From Podarcis vaucheri (lineage: Eukaryota): a DNA stretch of 64,000 bases. Location of the stretch: assembly GCA_965113315.1 (NCBI GenBank), contig OZ220363.1; one strand, given 5' to 3'. Both the position numbers and the translations under genes were made by a program. Of the stretch, positions 1-12,900 are shown piece by piece. The notes under the pieces were generated by a model. That model was not told the origin of the DNA. It made no database searches and saw only the letters and a program-made list of their open reading frames with translations. Positions within the stretch are counted from its first letter, which is position 1. Each line of letters starts with the position of its first letter.

Positions 1-800
1 TTGCACATGCCGGAGGGGGGGGCTGTGGGCTGGAGAGTGGGGTGGGGTTTCTCCAAAGCCCCGCCCTTTGGCCGTGCTCGTAAACCTCCTTTTTTCCCCT
101 TAAAAAGGCGGAGGCAGCGAGGTTCTCATAAAATGTGTAAGCCGAAGCTTCCTTGCAAGCCCAGCCTCGTTGGAGTCCCTGCAAGTCTCGGGAATGTGAC
201 ACGTGGGGGTGGGTGGCTCTGTATTTGCATGCCTCATGAATATGCATCGAAGTGGGCGGGGCGAGCCTGGCCTTGATTCGAACGTCATGAATATGCACAG
301 TGCGAAGATCTGCTGCGCCTATGTCGGGCCGTAGATCGCCGAGCTTGGTAAGGGAGCCTACGCAGAAGCCCCCGCCAGCGGGGAGGGCTGTGCATTTTCG
401 TCCACATCCCGAGGTGGGGCTGGCAGGAGATCCTCCTGGGGGTCGCTGGTGGGGGGGGGAAGAGATGCGTGCGGGGGGAGGCGTGCGAAGGGAACGGACC
501 GCGAGGATAAGGAGGCTGGCGTCGGAGGGCCCTGGGGAAAAGAGCTTAGAGGGAGGAGGGCCAAGTGCCCCCCCTCGCCCCCAAATCGGTAGATCGGGGG
601 AGCTGTGGATCCGCGTGCGGGTGGGTCGTCTTCAGCTCAGCCCCTTGCCTGGGATTGAGTCGAGGCGAGTCATGGTGGCCGGGGCAGCAATTGTTCTTTG
701 TAGCCCCTTCGCTGCTGCAGGGATTGTGGAAGGCCTGGCCTGGAGACCCGACTGCAGGATGGCCTAAGGAGCGGGGATGGCGGATTGGTCGTAGAGGGAA
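1..800 (+). promoter_or_regulatory. TNKS1BP1: CpG-island promoter of TNKS1BP1
   Basis: GC- and CpG-rich block, unlike the CpG-poor remainder. E-box CACGTG 200-205, octamer ATTTGCAT 223-230, GC box GGGCGGGG 254-261, TCATGAATATGCA twice (234-246, 285-297). Confidence 0.75.
300..347 (+). other. TNKS1BP1: TNKS1BP1 probable first exon (5' boundary uncertain)
   Basis: Donor TTG|GTAAGG at 347/348 inside the CpG island. ATG at 321 would be in frame with exon 2 after splicing to 6794. Confidence 0.55.
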
Positions 801-3800
801 GGCCAATTAGGACCATATGGTATGCCCATATGCTCTTAAAGGTAGTTTGTATGCCTTCTCTGCTGTAAGCGGGGCTGTCATTTACACTGGCCAGGGGTAA
901 CTGTCCTCGGGCCGTCTCCCTGCTTCCTCGCTTCTGCTAACTGGCACCCCTGCTCGCCTTCTTTGTATGCTTTCTGCTTAATGCGTCCTGAAGCTGCTCT
1001 CCACCCCCTTTTGGCTGGAGTTTCCCGCAGTTCTGCCTCTCACCACTCCCTCCCTTTCTTGGCTGTGATTCCAAGAACACCCAACTTACAAATACTTAGC
1101 TCCCTTTAAATCTTGCTGAAAACCAGTTACTGCACACAGGCTTTATGAACCTGAAGTACACCCTGTGACCTCTCCTTGTATCCATTTCTGCACCACAAAA
1201 CACTGCCTCATGCTTGCTGAGCTCCCATCTTCTTTCATGATATTTCCTTGTTGCTTGTGTAAATAGTGGTCTGAACTGGGCTATGAGGACTGTCTAAACT
1301 GGCTTTTAAAATTCTGCCATTTGTGAATGTTGGTTGTTGCTTATTGTTTACAATGAAACTTATTCTCTGTTGGGAGAAATCCACCCCTCTCTTGTACTTT
1401 AATCACGTGTCAACATTCTCCCACATGCCTTCTGTTTCCTGTATTTCTGCACAATTCTTCCCCCTAATAGAATTATGAGTTTCTTAGCCCATTAACTACT
1501 AATCTAGTGGCCCCCTTTCCAATTGCTGTGATAACCTCTTTCCTATCTGCCCTGGTTTCTATTTAGGATTCTTTCTTTGATCTTCTCTGTTTGGAAATAG
1601 GGAGCAATACATTTTTAGAATAAATTCATAATCTGTGCATTGTAATAAGCCAGTTTTGTTTCACAAAGGGCCAAGTTTACCTAAATACATCTGTTCCTGG
1701 TGCCATTCTTTTCTACCGCTGCTCCTTGAGGAAGAGCCTCCTTTTTATTATCCTTCTGTGACTGTCTCCTATCCATTATTTTTTATTAACATGGTATGTG
1801 TGCATTCTATGGACATGCTGAGATTAATGTCCCCTTCATATGTGGACTGTGCAGACAAAGTGGCAGACAATGATTGCTGCAAGGGTCTTACAGGCTGAAA
1901 AGGCAGGGTGGCATGGGAAACAATAGCCCAAAGATGGCAAGGGATTTGTCTGGATGCATTTAGTAGATCACTATGGCAGCTGGGATCCCTTGAATTACAT
2001 TGTAGTAAGCATGTGCTGTCTTTTTACTTATTCATTCCTTCGACTGCAAACTATCAGAATGCAAGTGCTGATGAAAAGCTGTGCAAGTAGTAGTCTGATT
2101 CAGTGCTAATTGCATAATAGGTAGTCCCTGCACAATGCAGCACCTTCAGAAGAGAGAGCGGGTGGGGAAAGTTGCACCCATATTACTCTCCACCCCCCAC
2201 TAGAGCACCTACCATTGCTTCTTAGATACCTTTACTTGCTTAGCTCTTTTCCCATAAGCGCTTCCTTGACACCATTGTTTCTGATGTTCTATGGCGGAAG
2301 AAAGCAGTTTAACTGATTTTTGTTGTTGTTGCCAAGTTTCACCTTCTTGTAAATGCAATTCAAAGGCTTTACCATCTTCACCTCCACAGTCCTATTGCAT
2401 CAGTGCTGGGAATCTGGTTATCCATATGAGGAAATAGTGCTACTTCAACTGAAACATGAAACATTTGTGCTTACAGTTGAAGTTGTTGAAGCTTTAAAAA
2501 ATGACTACAAACCAGCATTTTAAGAAAGTAGTATGATCCTGGCATGGGCTGGGAATGGGAATGCAGCTGTTTGGGAGACTTTCTGTCTGGATTCTAAAGA
2601 ACAAATAAGTAAGCAACTTGTATTTATACTGGGTAGAGGGGCTAATGTAGAGAAGAATCTTATTGAGGTCCCAGATCTAAACCCACCTGTGGCATTAGAG
2701 ACTCTTTTGTTCATGATGCACAGTTCTAGAGGAACAAAGTTATAGCCCAACTTGATTTGAATTCATAGTATGTTGGGAGAGTAGTCATTGATGCGTAGTC
2801 CAACCATGCAGTGTTAGAAACTGAGATATGAAAGTTAGGAGCTAAATGGCACCTTAAACCTAGGTTATGGTGCAACAACGGAATGTCTAGGCACGCTTTT
2901 TTATAACAAGAATACAAAGCTGAAAATGAATGAGCTGCAGCTATAATATTATGTTCATTTTTCACATGGTCTAGTCCTTCCCCTGTCCACCCCCCTAATA
3001 TTCTTAAGAGGGTCTCTTCTCCAGTCTTCAGAGAGTAGCTGGAAGTGGGGAGGCAGAAAAAGGTCCTCCTTTCCTTCCACTCTGCAGTTTTAATCTGAAA
3101 TCTTAGGCACAGTACTGCGCCCAGAATTCAGAAACTGCTCTCCCTAATGAAATTTCCTGTCGCAAAATGCGCCTAGAACAATGGGAGTTTTGAACATTGC
3201 AGCCATGGTGTGAGTTGTATAGTTTCCTCTTCTTCATATACCTTCTGCTGGAGAAGTTTTGTATAATGTCTTGGAGGTATAATTGCTTCACAAGAAGAGC
3301 CTCTGTAGATATCAAGCCATCGCCTTTAGGTATTTTCTCAGTTCTACTTTCTTGGCTCAGCTTTTGTACTTTCTTCTTTTTACCTACACCTATTGGTGCA
3401 TTTTTCTCCCACGTCGTATCTGCTGTTTGTTCATCCCCTGGTTTTACCTTAACCAAATCCTTATTATAGTCTTTATGAGTGGTTTCCTTCCTGTGGCATT
3501 CCAGTTGAAAATCTCTGGGTTCCAGCAGGAGTGGATTCTGTTGCAAGTTGTACTCACTTAGAAGTCTGTGCCTTCTTCATCCTATGTCATAGGGTTGTGG
3601 AGTTGCAACTATATACATGACAAAAACAACTATTTTGCTTTAGATATTCCTTTCTATTCTTTACACTGTGAACTTGCCTGTCTTCTCTGCCTTCTATTGC
3701 CTCACTCTTGATCTTTAAGAATTGCCTTTCTGCATATCTCTGTTTCATCACGGTAGCCCAAAGCTCAGCTGTAATATTATGTGCTTCCTTCTTCCTAAGC

Positions 3801-3869
3801 AGTTTCTAATTCTGATCTCTCTGTTCCTTTCTTGAAACAATTATGGATTGTCTTTAATAATGCATCACT

Positions 3870-4025
3870 ATTAAAGTTAAAGTCTGGTTGGCATCCGTGT
3901 GTCTCAGGAGACAATGGAGGAGTGTGCCTCTGGGGATGAGGTCAAGTTGTTGGAAGGTTGCATCGCCTGCTGTGGCTGTGGAGACCCATGTGGGAAAGAT
4001 ACGTTTTGTTGCAGCTGGGGCAGAA
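3870..4025 (+). mobile_element. Probable LINE (RTE-like) 5' fragment
   Basis: GGCATCCGTGTGTCTCAGGAGACAATGGAGG...TTTTGTTGCAGCTGGGGCAGA resembles a recurrent squamate repeat; family assignment from memory only. Confidence 0.35.
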
Positions 4026-4056
4026 AGTACCATTTGGGTATATATGCCCCTTTCTG

Positions 4057-4074
4057 TTAGTAGTAGTAGTAGTA

Positions 4075-4116
<42 letters not shown>
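4057..4116. repeat. (TAG)n(TAA)n microsatellite
   Basis: Direct reading. Confidence 0.95.
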
Positions 4117-4119
<3 letters not shown>

Positions 4120-6591
4120 TTATTATTTATACCCTGCCCATCTGGCTGAGTAGAAAGTCCAGGCGCTGAAACTAGATTTTGCAACTATCTGAAAAGATCA
4201 TAAATGGAATGTCACTTTATCTTATGGGTCTTGCAAGTTAATTTTTTTGATCAAGTGTGAAAGAATTCTCTCCTCAGGAGTCTCTCATAACATGAGATAC
4301 ACTCTTGGGAAAATAGAAATTGTACTATGATAACTTCCATTTCAAGACTGAGGCTGTAATCTTATACCTGCTTACCTGAGAGTGAGCCCCATTCAACTCT
4401 AGGAGTTGCTTCTGAGTAGACATGTATATAGGATGGGTTGTCAGTCAGTGTCTAAATATAAAACAGTTTTTTCTTAATATTCCTCCCCCCTCACTTTAGA
4501 AGCCAAAAGTAACCACCTTCGCTTATCTTTCTTTTTGGTTTTTGTTTACTAGCTTGTTGTGTGTATGCATATGTGTTTTACCAAGGCACTTCCTCTTTGA
4601 AGGCTGCTTTACTCTTGATGATTTTCCTGCATTGACATTGTTGTTTCTTTAGTACAGGAACAAGCATATACCATCTAATCTGACACATGTTTCTTTATAT
4701 GTACCCATGGCAAAATGACCATGCATTCATTTTCCCACATAGAAATAATGTTTGTGTAGATAACAAAACAACATGTTTGGCAGTTTTAACTGCTTGATGA
4801 AATATAGTTTGTGTACTTCCTTGTATTTTGTAGAAAGGACTTGTCTGTTTCAGGAGCCTCTTTGCCTGACAGGTTGAAAACCATACTTCATCTATGAAGA
4901 AAAGCAAGAGAGCTGAGGAAATAGGATTGGACTGTTTCTCTGCCTTTTTTTATTCTACCTTTATTTAGTTATACTAGTTCTGAATTTGGAGAGAGTCTCA
5001 TCTTGTCTTGCGTATTTTATTGTGTGTCAGGTATTCACTGCCTTAATAGATTTTGGATGGGGTTCTGGGTACCTTAATGTGTTGCTGGTTTTCAATGTCC
5101 ACTCAGGTTTCATCCGCTCTCCTTCAGCTATCTTCTCCACTAAATGAAACTCTTTCCCCCTTGCAGGGGATTCTGTATTCAGAAGCAATAGTTCACTCAG
5201 GAAGTTCTTGCTGAGTAGGATAAACAGAATGGTACCTCAGACACAGGGGTGTGCAAAGTTGCAATAAAGATTTAAGTTAAGGCAAATGAATATGAGGGGA
5301 GAGAGGTTATATGAACAAGTAGCTTAGGCAAAAATAAGGTCTGGGGCTTTGCAAATGTTGGGCTTAGGTGCTACCAGGCTAGAAGTAGGGGATGGGACTA
5401 AGGCGCTGTATCTTTGTAGAAATGAGACAGGGCCTTTTTGTGGCAGCAGCCTGTCTGTAGAGAGACTAGTCCCATTCTGACGACATTTCGACTGGCAGGG
5501 GAAACATTCTTATTCTGCATTTAATGGTTTTCAGTATATGATTGAAGCTTTTAGCTCTGTTCCTTTTAAGTTTTCAGGTTTTGTTTGGCATGTTCTTTTA
5601 TGTAAACTGCCTCGGGGGACCTTGTTAGGGCTGAAAAATGATGTTAAAAACATCTTTTATAAATCAAGATTAAACTAGTCAAAGGAGGGGCCTAAGCAGA
5701 AAGAGCAGAGGCGGCTGATCTGCCTTCCCTCATCTGAGGCACTGTGCCTTTAAATCACCCTCGCTTTGGAAGGAGAGGCTTGATGGTCCTATTTTGGCAT
5801 AATGTATAGATGGAGGCTGAGGAGGGGGCTGTTTACAATCTTGTGGCTATGCCTTAAATTCAGCTGTATGCCTGTTGTTCCAGCTCTTTCTGTCATACTG
5901 AGGGGGGGGGGGTTACTGGTAGGCCCCCCTCCTCCTCCTGCCTCATTATGGGGATCAGTTCTGTTAGAACAATCTCTTGAGGCACACACTCCTTGTAACC
6001 AAGATGCTGGCTTTGCTTTTCTTTTTTAGCCAGGGTTTGGCCCTCTCCTGAAATCTAGCGGGAGGCCGTTGCAGTAGTGACAGGAGCAGGCCCCAGCTTT
6101 ACCTCATTGAATTCCAGGGGCTGTGCCAAACGATTGAGAAATCTGGAGGGGGGTGGGAGGGGGAAGTACTCCAGATGTTTGCTCCCTGCTCAGTATATCC
6201 GGGTTGGGAGTGTATACAGCTGGGATTGGGTTGAGCAGAAACTCGGCTTTGCTGTGAAGGGGTGGGAGCAGAAAGGGACTTGGGAAGAGAAAAGGAGATT
6301 CTGACTGGAAAAGCAGCCAAATGTTCTGGCAAAGTGACTGGACCTGGCAAGAGAAAGGCAGGGAAGGAGTGATAGCGAGTTGGCTGGGAAGGACAGGGCG
6401 TGGCAGAAAGGTGGAGCAGGGGTGGCCCTGTGGAGAGTGGAGCAAGTCAGCTAGAAAGCCAAAGTTTTATAAGTTTGAGATTCCCATCCTTTAGCATGAC
6501 TCATGGCCTGGATATTTGTGGGAGACTTGCTTCCTTCACCCTTGTTCCAGCCTGCCCTGGGAGTGGCATAACATGATACATTCTCTCTTTC

Positions 6592-6631
<40 letters not shown>

Positions 6632-6652
6632 TGAGTGAGAGAGAGAGAGAGA
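6592..6652. repeat. (TG)n(GA)n microsatellite
   Basis: Direct reading. Confidence 0.95.
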
Positions 6653-6793
6653 AATTCCTCTCAAAGGAACAAAGGAGGATATTGGAAAACTCGCATTCTG
6701 GGAGGAAGCATCTATGGTCTGATGTTGCATTGAAGGTCTTTGCTAGCTTTTCAAGTTTTGCAGACTGCCTAAACTCCCTTTCCTGTATCCTAG

Positions 6794-6935
6794 GGGCTGA
6801 CATTTATGCTGAGTTCAGAGTCCCAGCCCGGTGATGTGATGGACTCTAATCCTCAGTCGTTGTGCTCCCCATTTCCCTGTACTGCTGCTAATGGCCGGAG
6901 AGGACCCAAACAACTAGCAAGCAGTCCGGAGATAG
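6794..6935 (+). CDS. TNKS1BP1: TNKS1BP1 exon 2 (start codons at 6806 and 6839)
   Basis: Acceptor tcctgtatcctag|; donor ATAG|gtatgc; ends in phase 1, matching exon 3. Confidence 0.75.
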
Positions 6936-9900
6936 GTATGCCTTGCATTGTGAGCCTTCAGCTCAGCAGAACTGAGTTGATTCTTTGAGCGAGCTAAATA
7001 TGGGAGATAGTGTGCCAAGTTGCTAGGTATTTAAAATTTTCTGTTTATGTTGGGTGGTGGTGCACCAGAGAATGAAGAATGGAGTCAAATAGCAAGCAGA
7101 AGAATCACTTAATGCAGCTCTTGAGGGATTGTAGCTCTTCATTCTGAAAGTAGGGGACAACATATTTGATTGTGTGAAAAACAAAACATGGAAGCTATTG
7201 TGTCCAGGAGAAGGCTAACCTTGAACCTTTTTTCCTGACATGCTTGTTTTCTGTGTGCATGGGGGATTCCTCTTTGCCCCAGGTGGCAGCCCTGCACCTA
7301 TAATTGAAGTGGTGTCGTCCCTAAAAGTTGCACCACATGGTTCTGCTAATCACGTAAAGGCTCTGATCCCACTGCCTGACCTGAGAACAACGGGTGGTAT
7401 GCAACTAAGTTATATTCAGAGCAGAGCTATTGAAAGTAATAGAGCTAACTTAGTAATGCTATTACTTTCAGTGGGTCCACTCTGAATACTACCATTTGCA
7501 ATTTAAATGCATTCCAAAAACATTTTCATAGCTTCTGTTGGTAATCTTTATTACCACTATTTCTGGTTTAATGGACTAGAAGATCCTCTAGCCTGACCTG
7601 TGTCCAAAGCTGCATGCAGTTTTAGTGGCTTCTCGGTTTCCTGCAAAATAGTTTGGAAATTTAGCAAGGATTATTAGTAGAGCTCATTTTATTTTTATTT
7701 TTTGTGTACTTAGGCAATGGATTATTATTTTGATCCATATAATTTAGTTGCCCTGTGTTCTGGTTGAGCTCTGTATAAAATACATCTTTCCCCACATCCT
7801 TTTTTCCTCAGGGGATGCCCGTCCAAAGCCACCCGTGAAACCCAAGCCCTGTGTGTTGCCAAAGCCAGCCATGCCAGTGAAGCCTGTTCCTGGACAGCGT
7901 CAGGCTCTCTCTGAGGTGCCCTCTGCTGAAAAGATCAACTTGTTGGCTGGGCCCAAGCCATATAGTGGTGGGGCTGGCAATGCTGTTAAGCGTCTTTCTT
8001 TTGGTCTAAAGACCTCTCCAAGAGAAGCTACCAATGGAAAGGAGGTTTTGTATCCATTTTCCACCACAGCCAAACCAGCTGGAGATGGAGAAGGAACTGG
8101 GCCTGCAAATAAATCAAGTGTTGTGGAGGGAGCATCTGGAGAGGAGTGTGGAGAGTCCTCCAGTGTTCGCAAGGGTGCTGTTCCCTTCAAAGTAATACCG
8201 GTGCCAGTAGCAGCCAAACCAGAGCGTTTTCCTGGGACCACAGTGGAGGAGATTTTGGCCAAGATGGAGAAGCCCAACAAAGAAGGGGCAAGCAGCCCTG
8301 ACAGGCCTCGGCTGGTACGCTCCTTCTTCAGCCAGGATGGTAGCACAGCTGTCCACCTGGGGCCTAGGGGTTATGCTGCATTCCGGAGATGTTCCAGTGG
8401 AGAAGGGGGTGAAACAGAGTCGGAGGGTCCTGCTTGCAGAGCCTCTTGTGAAGTTGAGGACAGCATATTGTCAAGGAACAAGGAGGAAATCACAAGCTCA
8501 AATGGTCAGCATCTGCCTGAATCTGAGCTACCAGCAAGAGCAACGGAGAGAAACTTAGACTTACTCTCTAAGGACAGGTGAGGTTCAGATTCATTCCACA
8601 TAATCTTAGATGATCAGGTTTGCAATACATCACAGAGTGCCCTCTGTCAAGGACTGAGATGGGATGCAGGTCAGCAACTATAGAACAGTGCTAGGAAAAT
8701 GAAAGCAATACAGTAAATGTGTCTAGAAGGTGACCTGCTGGCAGTTCTTTCTTTATTCTTTCACATTTGGCTCTAGCAGAGGTAAATTATTCCTGTGATT
8801 TAAGAATGAAAACTGAGGGTTGGCACAACTGAAGGCTACATTCCTGGGCATTACATACATGGCAATAAATACCATTGAATTAATCACAACTTGAATTCAA
8901 TGGCTAGAATTGGGCATGCTTCTCCCAACTATAGTTTCTGTGAAATCTCAGTAATCTTAAATCCTACGATGATGTCATGAGTGGTAGCAACTCTTGGGAT
9001 TTATTTGTAGGTGAGCAGTTGATCAGGCACAGGTAACTGCTTTTAGAAGAACTCTGATGATGCTTGGAGCATTTCTACATTGTGGGGGTTGGATTAGATG
9101 ATAATTGGGGTTCCCCATCTCCTGTTCGTTATGTGATACCTAGTGTTAGGCAGAAAACCCTTTTGTGACAAAAGTAGCACACAATTCTGTTGAGCAGGCT
9201 TTGGGGAAACTGGATCTTCAGATGTTGTTGGACTTCTAGCTAGCTAACATGGCTAATGGTTGGATATTATAGGATTTGTAGTCCAGCAACATCTGGAGGG
9301 TCACAGGTTTTCCATCCCTGCCTTAGAAATACACTTTTTTCCATCAGTAATCAGGCTTGTTTCCTGATGGTGATGCAATCTTTCTCTCAGCAGCTCCAGT
9401 CAACCTAGCATGAGCTGTGATGGAGGCCAACCTGGATATAGCAGTCTACTGTCTCCTCCTGGCGTGAGTTATCTGCAGCACGGCAATTCCTCCGCTGGGC
9501 TCTCTCCTTCCTGGCTCTCCTCTGTCTCAGGGGTATCTGCCACCTCTCTCCTTCCGGGCTCCCTCTCTGTAGGGTGCGTGTCTCCTTTCTCTACTAATGC
9601 TTCTCTTCAAGAAGAGATTGGTAGCCCAAGCAAACAATGCACTATCTTGCACTGCTATGGGGTTTCCCAGGCCATATTTGTTGCTTTTCAGTAACTGGGT
9701 ATGTCCTTGTCAAAATCCCATGGGCTGGCTTACGTAGGTGCCTGCAGTTTGAAAGATTCAGTCCCTAACCTCATGTGCAAGACATGGTGACATCGACTCT
9801 GAGGAAGTCTTCATTTTTCTACCTTGCATGGTACAGTTTTGAAAAATCCAGAGCATAATCTTGGCATTTGGTATAGCACATAGTGCTCCCACTAACAGTC

Positions 9901-12900
9901 CCAATACTGCCTTATGCTTTTGGAAGAGTTAGAAAATAAATGAGAAAAATGGATCTGTGACCCTTCAGCTCTTTAGAGAGCAAACTCTGGCCTAGGCTAG
10001 CTAGCTAGCCTGAGCCTAGCCCAGGCAAAGTGTGGAAACCTAATGCAGAATACCAGGCCCTTAGCTAGAGGGAAGGGAGCAGCTGTGACTCAGTGAATAC
10101 AATTTGGTGACCTACAAGGTATGTATGAAGCAGATCCCAGCAGCTGGGCCTGTGGCCAAATAATCTAGCAGTGAAAGCACTTATAACCTCTTGCTGCTTG
10201 TTCAGGGATGGGTGATGGTAATGATTAACTCCTTTTGCCTCTCCCAGAGGAGGAGGAGGAGGAGGAGGAGGAGGGAAGGAAGGTCATCAGCCTATTGTGT
10301 GATCTACTTAGCTTAGTTCTTCACTTTTCTGAAGGCCTAGTTGGAGAGGAGGCAAGGTCCTGGGGTGGGGCATACAGCCTTGTTACTGCAACACTTTGAA
10401 CAATTTCTTCAGCCTCTCTTTTCCCCTTCCTCCATTCTTTGAATTTCCTTTCCTTCTGGCTTCCTTCGGGCAGAAATATTGTTGGGGAGGGTCTCGTGGG
10501 GTCTTGTAGTGAAACCAGAACTTCCAAGACATGAAGGACAATCTCTAAGGTCTAGAAAAAGAGGGAAGAGGTTAGGATTGGAGGAGACATCCTGTATTCT
10601 TTGGGGCTGGAGGGGGACAGATTAGGATGCTCGGGAAGGTTCCAGGGAGGGAGGAATCATATTTTTAAAACCCATTCTTCCCTTGTTTCTCTCCAGGTCT
10701 CTCTCCCCAAGACCTATCAACTTCTCACGAAGCTTTCTTCTCGAGTCACTCCTGGGTCCCCTGATGCCCCTGCTGAATCAGCCCAGTCCCCAGAGAGCCC
10801 ACATTTTCCAGCAGATGTCCCAAGTGCTAAAGCTCAGCTTCCCCCAGGCTCCCCTGATGCACCTACTGAACCCCTCAGATCTCCTGTTAAGGTCTCCCTT
10901 GGTCATGCCCAGGCTCCAGGTTCCCCTCTTGCCCTATCTGATCCCTGCCCCCCAGGATCCCCCAGTGGTTTCCTAGGACACTCCTTGTCTTCAGGTCTTG
11001 GGGACCTTTCTGCAAGATGTGCTGGGCCATCTGCCAGTTTGACTCATCCTGCTGCTGAGCACAGCCTGGCACCCCCCTGTGGTCTCCGAGGAGTGTCGGA
11101 GTCCCCTGGCTCCCCCAGCACTCCTTCTGAGTACCTTGCTAGTTCTGATAAGCCTCCTGGCTCTCCCTCTCATGCGCAAGCCTCCCCCTTACTCTCCAGG
11201 GCTAAGGATTCCCTCGACAATCAAGCACCAACATTAACATTTGAGGGTAAAGACCCCCAGTTATCTCAACTGGTTCTACGGCGTGCCTCAGAAGGGGTGC
11301 TGCAACCACGGGGTAAAAAAATGGACAAGGAGGAGCTGGGAGGGTCTTTGGCTGTCTTGCCAAGAGGAGGGGACCCAGCTTTAGAGCAGGCTGCAGGGGG
11401 AGAGTCCAACTGGAGCTTGTCACAGTCCTTTGAATGGTCGTTCCCTAACCGGGCTCTTGAGTTTGGTGGAAGGAGACTAGGGTCTCCTCCAAGGTCTCCC
11501 ATTGCGGAGGCTGATGATACTGGTCTCTTGGAGGCAGAATTGGATAGAGAGAGCCTCAGCCCCAAAGGGTCTTATAAGGAAAGAGGTTCAGAGGGCCAGA
11601 GAGGAGAGGAGACTGAGGCTTATGGGAGCTTGTTCTGCCACAGCAATTCCAGGAGTTCCCCAGGGATCAGGAGAAAGGCTGAGGACCAGCTGGAGTCCCC
11701 TTCAGCCCTTGAGATATCAGCGCCTGGAGGTCCCTCAACTCTGAGGGAGCCTATTAGCCCCAAGCTCAAGGGCCCTATAGCAGCAGCAGAGGTTGGTTGT
11801 CAAGAGGAGCATGATGGTTTATTACCCTTTGTCCCAACCCCTGAGGAAGGGGCTTTAAGGGCAATGGAGCCGTTGCCAAGTGTAGAGCAGGCTGCCCCTC
11901 CTGCAGAGCCTTGCATCTTATTCTCTGAAGATGTCCAGGTGGGGACAGCTGCTTCCTGCCAAGAAGATGATGGTGCTGTAGGTCTGGCACGTGAAGGCAA
12001 GTTGGGGGTTGCTGACCCCGAAAGGAGGGCTGACCCTGATCCAGGCTCACACTGGCTTGATGAACTGCTGGCATCTCCTCCGCCTAGTGCTGATGACATA
12101 AAGAAGAGAAGTACGCCCAAGTCAGAAGACCCTACAGGACCGGAGGTAAAGGAACTGTATTTAGTGTGGGGATGGGTGGTTGGCTGAAGACCACAAAACG
12201 GGTTGCAAGGAGACAGTTCTACTGGCTTCCTATTTCTAGTGCTTTTAGAACCTGGTAAGAAGGCATTAAATGGGCACAAGCATGGCTAGGTGAATGTGCA
12301 TTCCTGCCCAGTTAAATAACAGAGACTGAACTTGTCTTTGGGAAGGGCGGGTCTTGGTTTTTAAGTAAGCCGCAAAAGTGGCTGAACAGGTTAGATGGCT
12401 GCAGAGTGTGCAAAAGAGGAGGCTGAGCCAAAAGGTGCTGCTGCGTGGGTAATCCTCCAGTCATCCTGGGTGGAGCAGCTTCCCTCACCTCCCTGAATCC
12501 AGCCTGCCCGTACACATCAAAGTTACTTTTGTCTGTTTGGTTGGCCCTCTTTGCCACCAAGAAATTGTGCCTTGAGCTCCAGCAGACTCAGCCTAAGAAT
12601 GAATTGGTGCTTCTTAGTTTGGTAGGGCTCCATAGCTATGTAGCTACAAGGCACATCACTTAATGTACTGGGTTGTATACCAAAACTAATGTGCATACCT
12701 TGGTAGGCTCACGTGCTCTAGCGAACAAGAATTAACTGTTCATTAGGTGGTTATAATAGGGGGTGCTTCTGAAAGCCCAAAAGTCTCACAGTCTGATCAG
12801 GCTTGCAAGGGGGTTCTTTGCCAGTGAACAATTCAGTACAGTGGTGCCTCGCAAGACGAAAAGAATCCGTTCTGTGATTCTCTTCGTCTAGCGGTTTTTT

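Noticed and set aside
180-480. Octamer plus GC box as an snRNA distal sequence element
   Set aside because: No recognisable PSE or U-snRNA sequence at the expected distance on either strand; a Pol II exon donor at 348 explains the region better.
300-810. 155-aa and other ORFs in the CpG island
   Set aside because: GC-rich, stop-poor sequence with no recognisable protein; they run through the exon 1 donor.
3103-3561. 147-aa minus ORF and overlapping plus ORFs in intron 1
   Set aside because: Compositional (T-rich strand) ORFs with no recognisable domain or coherent splice structure.
9464-9694. In-frame read-through of exon 4 with PGS-like repeats
   Set aside because: No convincing phase-0 donor downstream and a stop at 9694; the GTGAGT donor at 9464 is strong.
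9994-10011. Perfect 18-bp palindrome AGGCTAGCTAGCTAGCCT
   Set aside because: Explained by a self-complementary (CTAG)n tetranucleotide repeat.
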